From sequence record HG799496.1: DNA of 24,000 nucleotides; one strand, written 5' to 3'. The position numbers and the translations under genes were made by a program. Of the stretch, positions 23,125-24,000 are shown one piece after another. Under the pieces are notes generated by a model. The model did not search any database. It saw only the letters and a program-made list of their open reading frames with translations, and had not been told where the DNA came from. The DNA comes from Streptococcus phage K13. How positions within the stretch are numbered: the stretch's first letter is position 1; each line of letters opens with the position of its first letter.

Positions 23125-24000
23125 ATGAAAACAATGAATAAAGTGGCTATATATGTCAGGGTTTCGACGACAAACCAGGTTGAGGAGGGATACTCTATAG
23201 ATGAGCAAAAAGACAAGCTCTCTAGCTACTGCGACATTAAAGACTGGAATGTATACAAAGTATATACTGATGGAGGTTTCTCAGGATCCAATACTGACAG
23301 ACCAGCGCTAGAAAGTCTTATCAAAGACGCTAAAAAAAGAAAATTTGACACAGTTCTAGTCTATAAGCTGGACCGTCTTAGCCGTAGTCAAAAAGACACG
23401 CTTCACTTGATTGAGGATGTATTCATCAAGAATGGGATTGAATTTCTGAGCTTGCAGGAGAACTTTGACACCTCTACTCCTTTTGGTAAGGCTATGATTG
23501 GACTCTTGAGCGTCTTTGCTCAGCTAGAAAGGGAGCAAATCAAGGAACGCATGCAACTTGGCAAGCTAGGACGTGCCAAATCTGGTAAATCCATGATGTG
23601 GGCTAAGACATCCTATGGTTACGATTACCACAAAGAGACAGGCACAGTGACCATCAATCCAGCTCAGGCTCTGACCATTAAGTTTATCTTTGAGAGTTAC
23701 CTGAGAGGGAGATCTATTACTAAGTTGAGAGATGATCTAAATGAGAAATACCCAAAGCATGTGCCTTGGAGCTATCGGGCGGTCAGAACCATACTCGATA
23801 ACCCTGTCTATTGTGGTTTCAATCAGTATAAGGGAGAAATTTATCCAGGTAATCATGAGCCGATTATTTCAAAAGAGGAATACGATAAGACTCAATCTGA
23901 GCTAAAAATAAGACAAAGAACAGCAGCAGAGAATGTCAATCCTAGACCATTCCAAGCTAAGTACATTTTATCCGGTATCGCCCAATGTGGATATTGTGGC
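23125..24000 (+). CDS. int: large serine recombinase/integrase (truncated by window end)
   Basis: MKTMNKVAIYVRVSTTNQVEEGYSIDEQKDKL...YTDGGFSGSNTDRPALESLIKDAKKRKFDTVLVYKLDRLSRSQKDTL...SVFAQLEREQIKERMQLGKLGRAKSG...VRTILDNPVYCG...LSGIAQCGYCG; AAAAGGGG upstream. Confidence 0.95.
   Translation, partial: MKTMNKVAIYVRVSTTNQVEEGYSIDEQKDKLSSYCDIKDWNVYKVYTDGGFSGSNTDRPALESLIKDAKKRKFDTVLVYKLDRLSRSQKDTLHLIEDVFIKNGIEFLSLQENFDTSTPFGKAMIGLLSVFAQLEREQIKERMQLGKLGRAKSGKSMMWAKTSYGYDYHKETGTVTINPAQALTIKFIFESYLRGRSITKLRDDLNEKYPKHVPWSYRAVRTILDNPVYCGFNQYKGEIYPGNHEPIISKEEYDKTQSELKIRQRTAAENVNPRPFQAKYILSGIAQCGYCG

Overview
The window is most of a temperate siphovirus-type prophage from a Gram-positive host, probably Streptococcus judging from gene content and small-protein families. 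The late/structural module lies on the minus strand (about 105-8164): capsid, scaffold, an accessory cassette, MuF minor head protein, portal, TerL and TerS. Next is a ~1.2 kb region without convincing CDSs. It contains three tRNA-like cloverleaves and many hairpins, and I read it as a candidate large ornate phage ncRNA. The early/replication module is also on the minus strand (about 9428-21095): ArpU-like regulator, YopX, RuvC-like, DUF1351, Bet/RecT, DnaC-like, initiator and HTH. The lysogeny module is on the plus strand (21277 to the window end): CI/S24 repressor, PemK/MazF-like protein, and a large serine integrase truncated at the edge. The strongest candidates for a new system are: (1) a MuF minor head protein with a C-terminal RelA/SpoT-like toxin domain, followed in the same operon by a 69-aa ORF and a small HD alarmone-hydrolase-like protein; (2) the structured, tRNA-flanked non-coding region at about 8213-9348, resembling GOLLD/ROOL-type RNAs; (3) a ~300-nt plus-strand structured RNA with its own terminator, opposite the lytic early operon; (4) a ~90-nt sRNA unit with tandem near-identical hairpins between the MazF-like gene and the integrase. 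All family assignments come from reading motifs; no database search was run.
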